Shown: piece by piece, positions 10,252 through 20,661 of the stretch
Layout: every line of letters begins with the position of its first letter
How positions within the stretch are numbered: position 1 is the stretch's first letter
Sequence record: SRR31156797_9682
Strand: one strand, 5' to 3'
DNA: 62,086 nucleotides
Notes under the pieces: generated by a model
The model's input: the letters and a program-made list of their open reading frames with translations, nothing else
Told to the model about the DNA's origin: nothing
Databases searched by the model: none
Translations under genes and position numbers: made by a program

Positions 10252-11369
10252 CCGTCAAGTCCCTCTTTTCCTTTTGCCACCGGTCGCACCTGCATTTCTT
10301 CTAACAAAGTGTGAACTGCTGCCGTTGCCACCTGTTCCTTACCGGAAAGACCCTTAAGAATAACCACCCCTTTATTGGTCATGGGACCGACAACCACTGC
10401 CGTCTTCCTTGGATTACCGCCGCTGGCGGGGATGACCCATACATACGACTTTCCATCATTTCCCCCTACAAGAGACTCAACCGGAACACTGAATCTGGAA
10501 ACCGCATCTTCTAACTCCAGCGTACTTTCCAGGCGGACAGTTGCAGTCATGCCAGGCAAAATTTCCAGAGAGTCAGGCGGAGACATGGTTACGACGACTT
10601 CATACGTTCTTGAAACCGGATCAGACTGCACACTGTATTCTCTTACTACAGCTGGAAACCAAAACTCCTGGTCAGCATCAAACTTTACCGCAATGGTATC
10701 AAACTGATCGACACCACCGTTGGCAATCAGCCTTTCCGGTACCTTGGCTACCACCTCAATCATTGCCAGGTCTTTAAATGCAAGTATCGGAGTGCGCTCC
10801 TTGATATGTTCATAATTTTCCACATACCGTTTGGCAACCACCCCGTCAAAAGGTGCATAGAGAACAGTATCAGCAAGGGCCTTTTTCTTTAACTTTAAAT
10901 CTGCACCCGCTACTTCATACGTGGTTTGGGCAGTATCATATTTAGCCTTGGAGATAACTTTACGCTTATGAAGATCCTTGGCTCTTTCATATGCTCTTTG
11001 CGCATCGTTAAATGATGCCTGTGAGGCATCCAGTGCGTGCTGATAATCCCTGGGATCAAGCCTTGCCAAAACATCCCCCTTTCTGATATTCTTCCCTTCC
11101 AGCACATTTAATTCCTCCAGCAATCCAGCAACTGAAAAACCAATTTCAACCCGTCGACTGGCACGGACAGACCCAGGAAAAGTACGACTTTCTACTGCTG
11201 ACACCCGTTGTACAGGTGCTGTTGGCACAGGCCTGAGTGCCTTGATTTGCTTACCATTTTTGGTGTCTTCCCCGCTCACTATAGTTGAAAGGGAATCCTT
11301 CCAGGTAAACATCCCGATGGCAATCAACGCCAGCATCACCAGCAATATATTTTTTCGTTTTTTCATCAC
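10248..11369 (-). CDS. RND efflux periplasmic adaptor (membrane fusion protein)
   Basis: N-terminal anchor, lipoyl half-motifs 'KGDVLARLD' and 'LYAPFDGVV', 'DPVSRTYEV'; ATGA overlap with the permease. Confidence 0.93.
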   Translation of the reverse strand: MMKKRKNILLVMLALIAIGMFTWKDSLSTIVSGEDTKNGKQIKALRPVPTAPVQRVSAVESRTFPGSVRASRRVEIGFSVAGLLEELNVLEGKNIRKGDVLARLDPRDYQHALDASQASFNDAQRAYERAKDLHKRKVISKAKYDTAQTTYEVAGADLKLKKKALADTVLYAPFDGVVAKRYVENYEHIKERTPILAFKDLAMIEVVAKVPERLIANGGVDQFDTIAVKFDADQEFWFPAVVREYSVQSDPVSRTYEVVVTMSPPDSLEILPGMTATVRLESTLELEDAVSRFSVPVESLVGGNDGKSYVWVIPASGGNPRKTAVVVGPMTNKGVVILKGLSGKEQVATAAVHTLLEEMQVRPVAKGKEGLDG

Positions 11370-11387
11370 TTAATCTCTTGGCATAAT

Positions 11388-12035
11388 TCAATGCTTTAAA
11401 TCTTCAGGGAGAGGCAGGTCAAGATGCAGGATCATTGCCCTGGAAACAGTTTTTGCAGCTTCCCGGTAAAAGGATACATCTGTAATCGTTTCACCACGCG
11501 CCAACTCAAGTATTTGCTCAGTTGCTCCATAAAATACAATCTGGGCGTGGAGTATATCCATCCAGGTATTCGCCTCTTTTTCAGCAGCTCCAGGTTTAAC
11601 CTTTCGGTAAAACTCCCTGGTCTTCTTCATGTCCGGTATAAACAATCGCTCAACTAAAATTGGCATGGCTGACGAGGGATTAACAATCTCACGAATAAGC
11701 AGCTGCCGTTCCCACCTTGGCTTCTCCGGTTTAAAAAATTCATGAAAATTTCTAAAGACAGCCGTTCTGATAATTTCAGCCTGCCCTGCAGGATGTTCGG
11801 CCAGCATCGGATTTTCCTCAAGCACTTCCAGGAAGCCATTACATCGTTTTTCATCCATGGCATAACTAAAGGCCTCGATGTACAGGTTCTCTTTACTGCC
11901 AAAATGGTAATGAATGCTGCCCAGGTTAACGCCTGCTTTTTCGGCAATAGCCCTGGTACTGACCCCATCATATCCATGTTCGGCAAAAAGCTCGCCACCT
12001 GCAAAAACCAGCTGCTCTCTGGTTGTTTGTGTCAT
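11388..12035 (-). CDS. TetR/AcrR-family regulator (CecR/CerR-like C-terminal domain)
   Basis: HTH 'LFAEHGYDGVSTRAIAEKAGVNLGSIHYHFGSKENLY'; 'LLIREIVNPS'; first gene of the efflux operon. Confidence 0.9.
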   Translation of the reverse strand: MTQTTREQLVFAGGELFAEHGYDGVSTRAIAEKAGVNLGSIHYHFGSKENLYIEAFSYAMDEKRCNGFLEVLEENPMLAEHPAGQAEIIRTAVFRNFHEFFKPEKPRWERQLLIREIVNPSSAMPILVERLFIPDMKKTREFYRKVKPGAAEKEANTWMDILHAQIVFYGATEQILELARGETITDVSFYREAAKTVSRAMILHLDLPLPEDLKH

Positions 12036-12449
12036 ATCTACCCTTCACTGAAAACATTCGACCTACTCCAAAATTCGACAGACCCATTTATTAGGTCAAA
12101 CGACTAAACATGTCAACAACAATGTCAACATCTTTTTTTCCCGAATTACCATGCCGGTGTAAAAAGGAAGTTGTAAGGAAACCTCACGTTACCCGATAGG
12201 GGCTGGCAGTTAAAAATAATATAAAATCAAAAAAGGGCGGCCAGGACATACTTTAAGTCATGTCCATTAATTTCTCGTAAAAATTTCACTCTCGAAAATA
12301 TGCCGGCTGCCTCTGCTTTGTATCGGGTTCCATGTAAGAATCTACAGAGTATTGCGGGGGACGGCATCAATGACCTATGTGGCAGTACCAGCAGGAGTTT
12401 TTCCAGGATCGACACAGTCAAGGTGAGCGGTTTGGTGCGGTAACACACC

Positions 12450-12486
12450 TCACAGGTATCCGCCAGAAGCCAGCGAATACCTGTGA
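12450..12486. terminator. stem-loop downstream of aspA
   Basis: tcacaggtatccgc / gcgaatacctgtga inverted repeat (one G-U on the minus strand), 22 nt after the aspA stop; no canonical U-tract. Confidence 0.5.
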
Positions 12487-12508
12487 TAAAAAAACTAAGA
12501 GCAATGTA

Positions 12509-14377
12509 TTACTTTTTCGGGATTTCCCGAGGGTCAGTCATTTTTTCAGGAAGGAGCATATCATCTAGCTGCTCCTGAGTGAGCAGCCCTTTCTCTAAAA
12601 CAAGCGTATACACACTGCCTCCTGTTTTGAGAGCCTCCTTGGCAATAGCTGCCGACTCCTCATAACCGATAACCGGCACCAGCGCTGTGACCAGGCCAAT
12701 ACTATTTTCCACATATTTTCTACAAACATCTTCGTTGGCCTCGATACCGGTTACACAACGTGCAGCCAGAGTAACGCAACCGTTTTTCAAAATCATCATC
12801 CCATGGAGCAGATCGTAGGCGATGATCGGTTCAGCCATGCACAACTCGAGTTCCGATGCCTCAGCAGCCATGGAAACCACCCCGTCATAGCCCATGACCT
12901 GGTAACAGATTTGATTGACCAGCTCTGGGATAACGGGATTAACCTTGCCTGGCATAATCGATGATCCCGGCTGCATAGCCGGCAGGTTGATTTCATTGAG
13001 TCCGCACCGGGGCCCAGAAGACATCCAGCGAAGATCGTTACAAATCTTTGAAATCTGTACAGCCGCACGCTTCAATGTCGCAGACATGGCCACAAAGGTT
13101 CCGGCATTTTGGGTTGCCTCAACCAAATTCTTTGCCCGCCGCAATTCAAAGCCACTGACTTCTGACAGCTTTTCAGTGACCATGTTGGAATACCCAGGAG
13201 GACTGTTGATGCCGGTCCCGATGGCAGTCGCCCCCATATTGATATCCAAAAATTCATAGGCGGCGCGCTCAGTTGCCTTGATGGCAGAATCAATCATCAC
13301 TGCGTAGGCACTGAATTCCTGACCAAGGGTCATAGGGACAGCGTCCTGATTTTCAGTACGTCCCATTTTTAATACATGGGCAAACTCCTCGGCTTTGTTC
13401 TCCAGCGCTTCTTTTAATCCGGTCATTGCCCTGATCAGATTCCGGTTAGAAAGCAGTACAGCTAGCTTAATAGAGGTAGGATAAGCATCATTTGTCGACT
13501 GAGAGCAGTTGACATGGTCATTGGGGTGAAGATGCTGGTACTCTCCTTTGTTGTAACCCATGATCTCAAGACCACGATTGGCAATAACCTCATTGGCATT
13601 CATATTCGTTGAGGTACCGGCTCCTCCCTGGAACATATCCACAGTAAACTGTTCCCGTAACTTACCGGCCAGGAGTTCATCGCAGGCAGTGCAGATGGCT
13701 TTCATCTTCGGTTCATCAATGGCACCAAGTTCAAAATTTGTCAGGGCTGCAGCCTTCTTAACCATGGCCAAGCCTTCAACGAGATGCTCGAAATTACTGA
13801 CAAAAACACCCGAGATGGGAAAGTTTTCCATGGCGCGTTGAGTCTGAACACCGTAGTAGACATGATCGGATACCTCTCGCTGCCCCAAAGAATCATGTTC
13901 CAGTCGGAAACCGCTCACCACCTGTACATCCTGCTTGTTATGATACAGTTGACTTGACAAAACTCGCAGGCGGCGATTGATGCCGACTGCTACCCGAGAT
14001 ATGATTCGGTAAAACATCTCTGGCTTTTGCTCACGCAGTGCCTCAATTTTTTCTCTTGATATCTGCCATACCTCAGCCCCATTTCGGGTAAAAGAACCAT
14101 TACTGTGCGAATCGCCTTCCAAAAAAGCGCCTTCACTAATAAGCGCCCCGGCAATCATGGTGGCAACATGCCGTGACGAGCCGTGTAGCCCACGAACAAG
14201 CTCAATATCGCCTTCCAAAATGATCCCTGCCCATTTCCTGGGCGTGGATTCTTGGAAAAGCCATTCATTGGGTTTATATACCTTTCGTTCGCCTTCCTTG
14301 AAAAACAGGATCAAATCTTCTTCGCTGATACCCGATGCCTTTGCCGCTTGCTTGATAACACTCTTAGCTATATCCAT
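12509..14377 (-). CDS. aspA: aspartate ammonia-lyase with N-terminal cyclic-nucleotide-binding (Crp-like) domain
   Basis: C-terminal ~460 aa has YYGVQTQRAMENF, QGGAGTSTNMNANEV and GSSIMPGKVNP. N-terminal ~150 aa has the cNMP pattern 'Y.PNEWLFQES...GIILEGDIEL...GALISEGAFL'. Start at ATG 14377 (RBS AAGGA). Confidence 0.93.
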   Translation of the reverse strand: MDIAKSVIKQAAKASGISEEDLILFFKEGERKVYKPNEWLFQESTPRKWAGIILEGDIELVRGLHGSSRHVATMIAGALISEGAFLEGDSHSNGSFTRNGAEVWQISREKIEALREQKPEMFYRIISRVAVGINRRLRVLSSQLYHNKQDVQVVSGFRLEHDSLGQREVSDHVYYGVQTQRAMENFPISGVFVSNFEHLVEGLAMVKKAAALTNFELGAIDEPKMKAICTACDELLAGKLREQFTVDMFQGGAGTSTNMNANEVIANRGLEIMGYNKGEYQHLHPNDHVNCSQSTNDAYPTSIKLAVLLSNRNLIRAMTGLKEALENKAEEFAHVLKMGRTENQDAVPMTLGQEFSAYAVMIDSAIKATERAAYEFLDINMGATAIGTGINSPPGYSNMVTEKLSEVSGFELRRAKNLVEATQNAGTFVAMSATLKRAAVQISKICNDLRWMSSGPRCGLNEINLPAMQPGSSIMPGKVNPVIPELVNQICYQVMGYDGVVSMAAEASELELCMAEPIIAYDLLHGMMILKNGCVTLAARCVTGIEANEDVCRKYVENSIGLVTALVPVIGYEESAAIAKEALKTGGSVYTLVLEKGLLTQEQLDDMLLPEKMTDPREIPKK

Positions 14378-14405
14378 GGGATGTTCCTTTCGATGATAAT
14401 GAGGA

Positions 14406-15713
14406 TTATAAAATAATTCCGCCAAACACAAACCCCAGACATACCGCAAAAACGATCGTTAACGTACCGGGGAGAAGAAAAGGATGGTCAAAAACATACT
14501 TACCGATTCTGGTGGAACCGGTATCATCAAACTCTACTGCTGCCAGCAAAGTTGGATAGGTTGGCAGCACAAAAAGGGCACTAACAGCGGCAAATGATGC
14601 TATCGCTGCCAGTGGACTGACACCGAGTGCTAATGCTGCAGGCATCAATGCCCTAGTGGTTGCAGCCTGGGAATAAAGGAGCATGGCTGCAAAGAAAAGG
14701 ACGACTGCCAGCAGCCAAGGTTTAGACTCAAGAAGAGTTGCTGCAAACACATTGATCTCATCGAGATGGGCAGCAACAAAGGTAGTTCCCAACCAAGCTA
14801 CCCCAAGCACACAGATACAGGCGCTCATCCCTGATTTAAAGGTCGAAGCATTGAGAATGTTTTTCGCCTCTACCTTACAAAACATGGTGATAAGGGTGGC
14901 AGCAGCAAGCATAAAGGTAATGATTGCATGATCCCGGGCAAGAACCGGTTCTTTTATAAGACCAACCGTTGAGCTAATGGCAGTTGCGTAAAAAACCACA
15001 CAGGCAAGGGCGATCCCAAAAATAAGGACGGATCGTTTCGCCTCGGGTGCTATCACCTTTTGCGTATCGTTTTCTGTAACTTCCTTAATCAACCCCTTGG
15101 CCAACCGATCCTGATACACCGGATCATCCTTAAGGTCCTTACCCATGAAATTAGTAAACACTGCGGCTATCATAACAGCAAGGAAACTGGAAGGGATCGC
15201 AATCATTAAAAGCTGCACATAGTCGACCCCAACCTTTTCCAGCTCTGCTGAAAAAAAGACTACGGCAGCAGAGATGGGAGAAGCGGTAATAGCAATCTGG
15301 GATGAAACAGTAGCAATCGCCAAAGGTCGGGAAGGACGAATACCTTCACGTTTGGCAACCTCAGCGATCACGGGAAGGGTAGAAAAAGCAGTATGTCCGG
15401 TACCGGCAAACATAGTCATCACATAGGTGACAACCGGAGCAAGAAAGGTAATGTATTTGGGATTACTCTTAAGAACCTTTTCTGCAATATGCACCAGGTA
15501 ATCCAACCCACCGGCCTCCTGCATGGCTGCAATTGCTGCAATTACCCCCATAATGATCAGGATAACGTCGGTCGGGATACTGCCCGGCTCCAACCCGAAC
15601 ACAAATCCCAGGACAAGTACGCCAAATCCACCGGCAAAGCCAATACCAATGCTGCCCAGCCTGGCTCCGAGCCAGATAAAGACTAACACAACCAACAGTT
15701 CAAGCACCCACAT
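14406..15713 (-). CDS. dcuA: anaerobic C4-dicarboxylate transporter DcuA/DcuB family
   Basis: LGARLGSIGIGFAGGFG, IRPSRPL, SQIAITASPISAA and DDTGSTRIGKYVFDHPF motifs; adjacent to aspA. ATG at 15713 follows GGAGGAGGAG. Confidence 0.92.
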   Translation of the reverse strand: MWVLELLVVLVFIWLGARLGSIGIGFAGGFGVLVLGFVFGLEPGSIPTDVILIIMGVIAAIAAMQEAGGLDYLVHIAEKVLKSNPKYITFLAPVVTYVMTMFAGTGHTAFSTLPVIAEVAKREGIRPSRPLAIATVSSQIAITASPISAAVVFFSAELEKVGVDYVQLLMIAIPSSFLAVMIAAVFTNFMGKDLKDDPVYQDRLAKGLIKEVTENDTQKVIAPEAKRSVLIFGIALACVVFYATAISSTVGLIKEPVLARDHAIITFMLAAATLITMFCKVEAKNILNASTFKSGMSACICVLGVAWLGTTFVAAHLDEINVFAATLLESKPWLLAVVLFFAAMLLYSQAATTRALMPAALALGVSPLAAIASFAAVSALFVLPTYPTLLAAVEFDDTGSTRIGKYVFDHPFLLPGTLTIVFAVCLGFVFGGIIL

Positions 15714-15776
15714 AACTCCTCCTCCCAAACATTTAGTAAAACGAAAGCATATATTTATTCAGTGATACAGTGTTGC

Positions 15777-16286
15777 TCAGGGCAATGTATAGGTACCTTT
15801 CAGGCCTTTGGCATATCCTCCCACAGTTGTAACATGTGCAGCTTTCTCCAGTGACAAGGTGGACCACTCAAACTCTAGGGTTCCCTGTATTCCTGATAAA
15901 TTTCCTGTACCCCCGACAATTTCACCGGTAACATGTGTACCCTCGGCCATCTGTTTTGCCTGAAGCAATACATAGATTTCCTGCCCTTTGAGACTTCTCC
16001 AGACGCATCGGACATCACTTCCGGTTTGGGTATCACCAAGCCCAATACACTCTGACCAGTAATCCGTTTGGGTACCGACTCCATCATTCAAGTGCACAAG
16101 ACCTGCAAGCTTGAAAAGCGCTACTTCCCTCTCTTTTCCAAAAGGCAAAGCCTCCTTGGTACCATTAGCACTCCAGGTACCGTTGAAAGCCCTTTCCGGT
16201 TGTGCTGCATGGCTCTCAATGGACACAAGAGAAAAAAACAGACTAAAACAAATTAACGTCATAAACCGCTGCACGTTCACCTCCAT
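15777..16286 (-). CDS. hypothetical exported protein, beta-rich
   Basis: Signal-peptide-like N-terminus (…IESHA-AQ), 'GEIVGGTG' motif, two Cys; co-oriented upstream of dcuA. Confidence 0.65.
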   Translation of the reverse strand: MEVNVQRFMTLICFSLFFSLVSIESHAAQPERAFNGTWSANGTKEALPFGKEREVALFKLAGLVHLNDGVGTQTDYWSECIGLGDTQTGSDVRCVWRSLKGQEIYVLLQAKQMAEGTHVTGEIVGGTGNLSGIQGTLEFEWSTLSLEKAAHVTTVGGYAKGLKGTYTLP

Positions 16287-16423
16287 CCTGATCCCCCTCA
16301 AAAGTTAACACCGAAGAATTCGGTTTTGCTTCTCTTTGTACTTCCTTTCCCCCCCTAACAGATGGCCTCGAAAAAAATTATTCTTAAGGCCCCGCACATT
16401 TGGCCGTCATTTCCAGCAAACAA

Positions 16424-16678
16424 TCAGGGAAACAGCCCCTCCGTCAAACGCACGTGCTTGATCTTTACCAAACAGTCATTAAGTGCCTCTTCACCCGTGC
16501 CCCCCGTTCCATGGTATTGCTCACGAGCTTCAGCAAGCTGCAGGCAGGGAATTGCCCTGAACTTATAGACACTCTCACTTAACACCTCCTGCACCTTAAT
16601 GGTCAGTGTTCCATCTGAGCGATAGAGCTCATATGTGTCCACACGGCATAACACATCACCAGCATTGACATCATACAT
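16424..16678 (-). CDS. hypothetical protein (84 aa)
   Basis: RBS GAGG, ATG start, globular-looking composition, co-oriented with its neighbours. Confidence 0.55.
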   Translation of the reverse strand: MYDVNAGDVLCRVDTYELYRSDGTLTIKVQEVLSESVYKFRAIPCLQLAEAREQYHGTGGTGEEALNDCLVKIKHVRLTEGLFP

Positions 16679-16922
16679 TGCATTACCTCAAAGCTATAGT
16701 TCGATCTACTACAGACATCCAGTGGACATAGACATTACAAAAAACTAAACATATCTGATAGATATGTAAACATTTTCTCACAACGTGCCAAGATCTTCTT
16801 GTACTCTCATGTAGAAATATTAAACGTACTCAAACATACCGTTACTAACGACTGATAAGTAAAAATGAATTTTCTATAATATCAGGATGAAAAAGAGGAA
16901 GGGAACTTTCAAGAATACAACA

Positions 16923-16951
16923 GGATGGTAGGGCTGACAGCCCCACCATCC
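16923..16951 (-). terminator. hairpin downstream of gpmI
   Basis: ggatggtagggctg / cagccccaccatcc inverted repeat, followed on the minus strand by a T-rich stretch. Confidence 0.5.
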
Positions 16952-17041
16952 ACACAGAAATTCAGCACACCGGGTGTGAGGTGCTCCGATCGGTTAAAGT
17001 ACCGCCCCTCCTTTATGCAGAAAAAACCCGCATAAAAGCAC

Positions 17042-18676
17042 CTATTTTGCAGTCAAGGTCACCAAAGATGGTTCATAGTCAGCCGGGGCTTCATAACCCA
17101 ACAGGTTACAAAGTGTAGCGGCAACATTAGCCAACCCAGCGGACTCCACCTCTGCCAGAGCGAAGCCATTAGACTGATTATAATCAACAATAATAAAAGG
17201 TACGGGATTCTTGGTATGGGCTACCATGGGCAGATGTTCCCCGTTTTTTTGGGTCCACATGCAATCGGCATTACCGTGGTCAGCAGTTATTACCGCTACC
17301 CCACCTACAGCCTCTATGGCTGCGAGTAAACGGCCCAGGCAGAGGTCAACGGTTTCCATCGCTATCCGCACAGCACCTTCAACGCCGGTATGACCGACCA
17401 TGTCACCGTTGGCGTAATTAAGGCGGATAAATTTATATTTGCCACTTTTCACCGCCTTAATCACCTCACCTGTAATCTCTTCTGCTTTCATCCAGGGACG
17501 AAGGTCAAAGGCAATTTTATCCGACGGAATTTCGACGTATTTTTCAAGCTCTGGGTTTATATAGCCTGATCGATTACCATTCCAAAAGAAGGTCACATGA
17601 CCAAATTTCTGTGTTTCTGAAATAGCGTAAGAAGTAATATTACTCTTGCAAAAATACTCACCAAGAGTCTTGTCTATCGCTGGCGGTTCTACCAAATAAT
17701 TCGTTGGGATGTTGGCATCTCCGTCATACTGCATCATGCCAGCATAATACACATCAGGATAACGTTGACGATCAAAGGCTGTGAAGTCAGGTTCATCAAA
17801 GGCTCTTGATATCTCAATAGCCCGATCTCCACGGAAATTAAATAATATCACGGCATCCCCGTCCTCAATGGTTCCAACGGGACTGCCATCCTCGACTACC
17901 ACAAAGCTATCCATGTACTGGTCGGTCATCGCGGGATCTTCCTGGTAATAGGTCTCTATTGCCTCTGTAGCCGAAGAAAAATAACGCCCCTGCCCAAGCA
18001 CATGTGCCTTCCAACCCTTTTCAACCACTTGCCAGTCCGCATTATATCGATCCATGGTGGTCACCATTCGCCCACCTCCGGAAGCAATACGATAATCCCG
18101 CCCATCTGCTGCGGAAAGCTGTTCAAGCTTTTCCTCCAACGCACCAAAGTATTCTAAACCACTTTTGGGCGCCACATCCCGACCATCAAGCAGACCATGT
18201 ACCCTCACCTTATCCACGGCGTCACGGGAACACTGCTCCAACAGAGTAAACAGCTGGTCAATATGACTGTGCACATTACCGTCAGAAACCATGCCAATCA
18301 AATGAAGCGTTCCTCCATTCTTTATACGGGTCATGACTTTGGCCCACGTCTTCCCCTGAAAGGCCGTACCGTTATCGAGTGCCTCGTTAACCAACTTTGC
18401 TCCCTGGGAAAAAATGCGCCCTGCACCCAAGGCGTTGTGCCCGACCTCTGAATTCCCCATATCGTCATCGCTGGGCAACCCAACCGCCGTACCATGCGCT
18501 TTCAGACGAGTTGTCATCGGGCCCTGCAAAACTTCGTCCAAAACCGGGGTGTAAGAAACATGCACACCATCGCTGGCATCCTGAGGGCCGAGACCCACGC
18601 CATCAAGGATAATGGTAACGACTGGCCCATCAAATGGTTCATACCCGGCAAGAGGTGATAATTGAAACTGACTCAT
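17042..18676 (-). CDS. gpmI: 2,3-bisphosphoglycerate-independent phosphoglycerate mutase
   Basis: IILDGVG, MGNSEVGH, SDGNVHSH, NFRGDRA, NGDMVGHTG and TADHGNAD motifs. Confidence 0.96.
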   Translation of the reverse strand: MSQFQLSPLAGYEPFDGPVVTIILDGVGLGPQDASDGVHVSYTPVLDEVLQGPMTTRLKAHGTAVGLPSDDDMGNSEVGHNALGAGRIFSQGAKLVNEALDNGTAFQGKTWAKVMTRIKNGGTLHLIGMVSDGNVHSHIDQLFTLLEQCSRDAVDKVRVHGLLDGRDVAPKSGLEYFGALEEKLEQLSAADGRDYRIASGGGRMVTTMDRYNADWQVVEKGWKAHVLGQGRYFSSATEAIETYYQEDPAMTDQYMDSFVVVEDGSPVGTIEDGDAVILFNFRGDRAIEISRAFDEPDFTAFDRQRYPDVYYAGMMQYDGDANIPTNYLVEPPAIDKTLGEYFCKSNITSYAISETQKFGHVTFFWNGNRSGYINPELEKYVEIPSDKIAFDLRPWMKAEEITGEVIKAVKSGKYKFIRLNYANGDMVGHTGVEGAVRIAMETVDLCLGRLLAAIEAVGGVAVITADHGNADCMWTQKNGEHLPMVAHTKNPVPFIIVDYNQSNGFALAEVESAGLANVAATLCNLLGYEAPADYEPSLVTLTAK

Positions 18677-18813
18677 TGACTGTAACCATCCTTTTATTTA
18701 AACAGTTGTTAATATGAAAATCTCAAGTTGTACGGCCAGCAAAACCTGACAAAGCTCTTGGTAAAGCCAAGCTATTATATTATTTTCCGTTCCCTCTCTC
18801 TCATCACTTCACC

Positions 18814-20661
18814 TCAGATTGTATAAAAAAGTCCCAGGCAACCCACAAGGATAAAAGTATACATTACAGTAACTCCTATACCGGCTTTCATATAATCCTT
18901 TGTTCTGTAGCCACCGGGGCGCATTATCAAAGCATTGACCTGATGAGTGGGCAATATAAATGTATTAGAAGCTGAAAGGCCCACCACCATTGCCGCCACT
19001 ACCGGATTGGAACCAATCCCAGCAGCCATATTCATTGCCAACGGCACCATCAACACCGCAGCACCGACATTTGATGCCACCAAAGAGAAAAAGGAGGTGA
19101 GCAGAGAAATAATAAGCATGAGTAATAGAGGTCCAGGAACCCCAATAGAACCCAAGAGCGTGTTGGCTAAATAAGCTGCAGCACCAGTATTTTCGAAGGC
19201 TGTACCAAGCGGAATAAGACCGGACAGGAGAAATACCGTCCGCCAGTCCACCGCTTCATACGCTCTGTCTGCGGGAATAATACGGGTCAGTATCATCCCC
19301 AGGGCACCTGTGAGCAGAGCAATGGAAAGCTTGACCTGAAACCCAAGGGCCAAAACCAGCGAAAGCATAAGAAAAAAGACAGCACACGGAATACGATCCG
19401 GCTTTAATTCTTCACCTTGAATTTCCTCAATAAAAACAACATCCATCTTTTGCTGCAGCAAACGGAACTGAGGCCATTTTCCCTGGAGGAGAATCGTGTC
19501 ACCCTGTTTGAGTTTTGTTATATTAATCTCCTCCATTATCAACTCTTCACCACGAACGATTGCCAGCGGGTTCACGTGAAAAAGCTCTCTGAATCTCAGC
19601 TCTTCCATGCTGTGATTACTCAGGTTGGACTGGGGGATGACCACCCCTTCAACAACCCCGCTTTCTTCTATTGAATTTTCCATGGAAAAGATGTCGTGCT
19701 CACTTTTTATTGACCACGAAAGTTCCTTGGCCGCCTCCTTAATATTGCTATTTGAACTCATTATCCATAGAGAATCCCCCGGATCAATGCGGGAATCCCG
19801 CATTGGTGCCAAATCTTTATTACGCCCGCCTTCCTTTGCAATACCAATAACTGTTAGATGATAAAGTGGTCGCAACTCTAACTCGCCCAAGGTTGCGGAA
19901 GCAGCGGTTACCGGAACCTGCACTTCATAGCTGTGCCCAACGTCATGCCCGTAAATTTCCTCGAGCCTCTTATCCATACAATCTTCGTCAAGAGAACAGG
20001 CATCGTCTGGCAGCAGTTTCCGTCCAAAAAAAGTAAAATAGACAAGCACACCAACCAGAAGAGCAATCCCTATGGGGGTAACAGAAAGCAGCCCCAGAGG
20101 AACAAAAGAATCACCATGAACGGCCTCACTGTTATTTGCCCACCAACCGGCCATAAGGTCATTGAGCATGATCAAAGGACTCGAACCAACCAGGGAAAGA
20201 CACCCCCCTGTAATAGCGGCAAACCCCATGGGCATTAAGATTTTACTTGCACCTATGTTTAACTCACGGGCAATACGCATTGTGGCCGGCAGGAACAGGG
20301 CGGCAGCGCCAATATTCTGCATGAAACTGGAAATAACAGATACAGTTGATGAGATGATGAGCATAATCCGGGTTTCACTACGGCCTGCTACTTTGATTAT
20401 ATAAGCAGCAACACTGTTCATAACGCCGGTCTTGTTTAACCCTGCCCCAAGAATCATCACCGCTATGATGGAAACAACCGCATTAGAACTAAGACCGGCA
20501 ACCGCTTCCTCTGGAGAAACCACACCGGTCAACGGCAGCAAGACCATCATTAACAGCCCGACGAGATCGACCCGCATCAAGTCAAAAACAAATAGAATTA
20601 CAGCCAATCCCAACAAGCCGAAGACTATCATCATATCAAAGGTCATAATTGTGGTCCTCAT
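18814..20661 (-). CDS. SLC13/DASS-family permease with TrkA-C domains
   Basis: Hydrophobic N- and C-terminal halves (SSFMQNIGAAA, LVASNVGAAVL, PTHQVNALIMRPGGYR) around two soluble TrkA-C-like repeats. Confidence 0.88.
   Translation of the reverse strand: MRTTIMTFDMMIVFGLLGLAVILFVFDLMRVDLVGLLMMVLLPLTGVVSPEEAVAGLSSNAVVSIIAVMILGAGLNKTGVMNSVAAYIIKVAGRSETRIMLIISSTVSVISSFMQNIGAAALFLPATMRIARELNIGASKILMPMGFAAITGGCLSLVGSSPLIMLNDLMAGWWANNSEAVHGDSFVPLGLLSVTPIGIALLVGVLVYFTFFGRKLLPDDACSLDEDCMDKRLEEIYGHDVGHSYEVQVPVTAASATLGELELRPLYHLTVIGIAKEGGRNKDLAPMRDSRIDPGDSLWIMSSNSNIKEAAKELSWSIKSEHDIFSMENSIEESGVVEGVVIPQSNLSNHSMEELRFRELFHVNPLAIVRGEELIMEEINITKLKQGDTILLQGKWPQFRLLQQKMDVVFIEEIQGEELKPDRIPCAVFFLMLSLVLALGFQVKLSIALLTGALGMILTRIIPADRAYEAVDWRTVFLLSGLIPLGTAFENTGAAAYLANTLLGSIGVPGPLLLMLIISLLTSFFSLVASNVGAAVLMVPLAMNMAAGIGSNPVVAAMVVGLSASNTFILPTHQVNALIMRPGGYRTKDYMKAGIGVTVMYTFILVGCLGLFYTI

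Noticed and set aside
12227-12448. 73-aa ORF between tetR and aspA
   Set aside because: No recognisable family and it lies beyond the aspA hairpin; cannot be supported.
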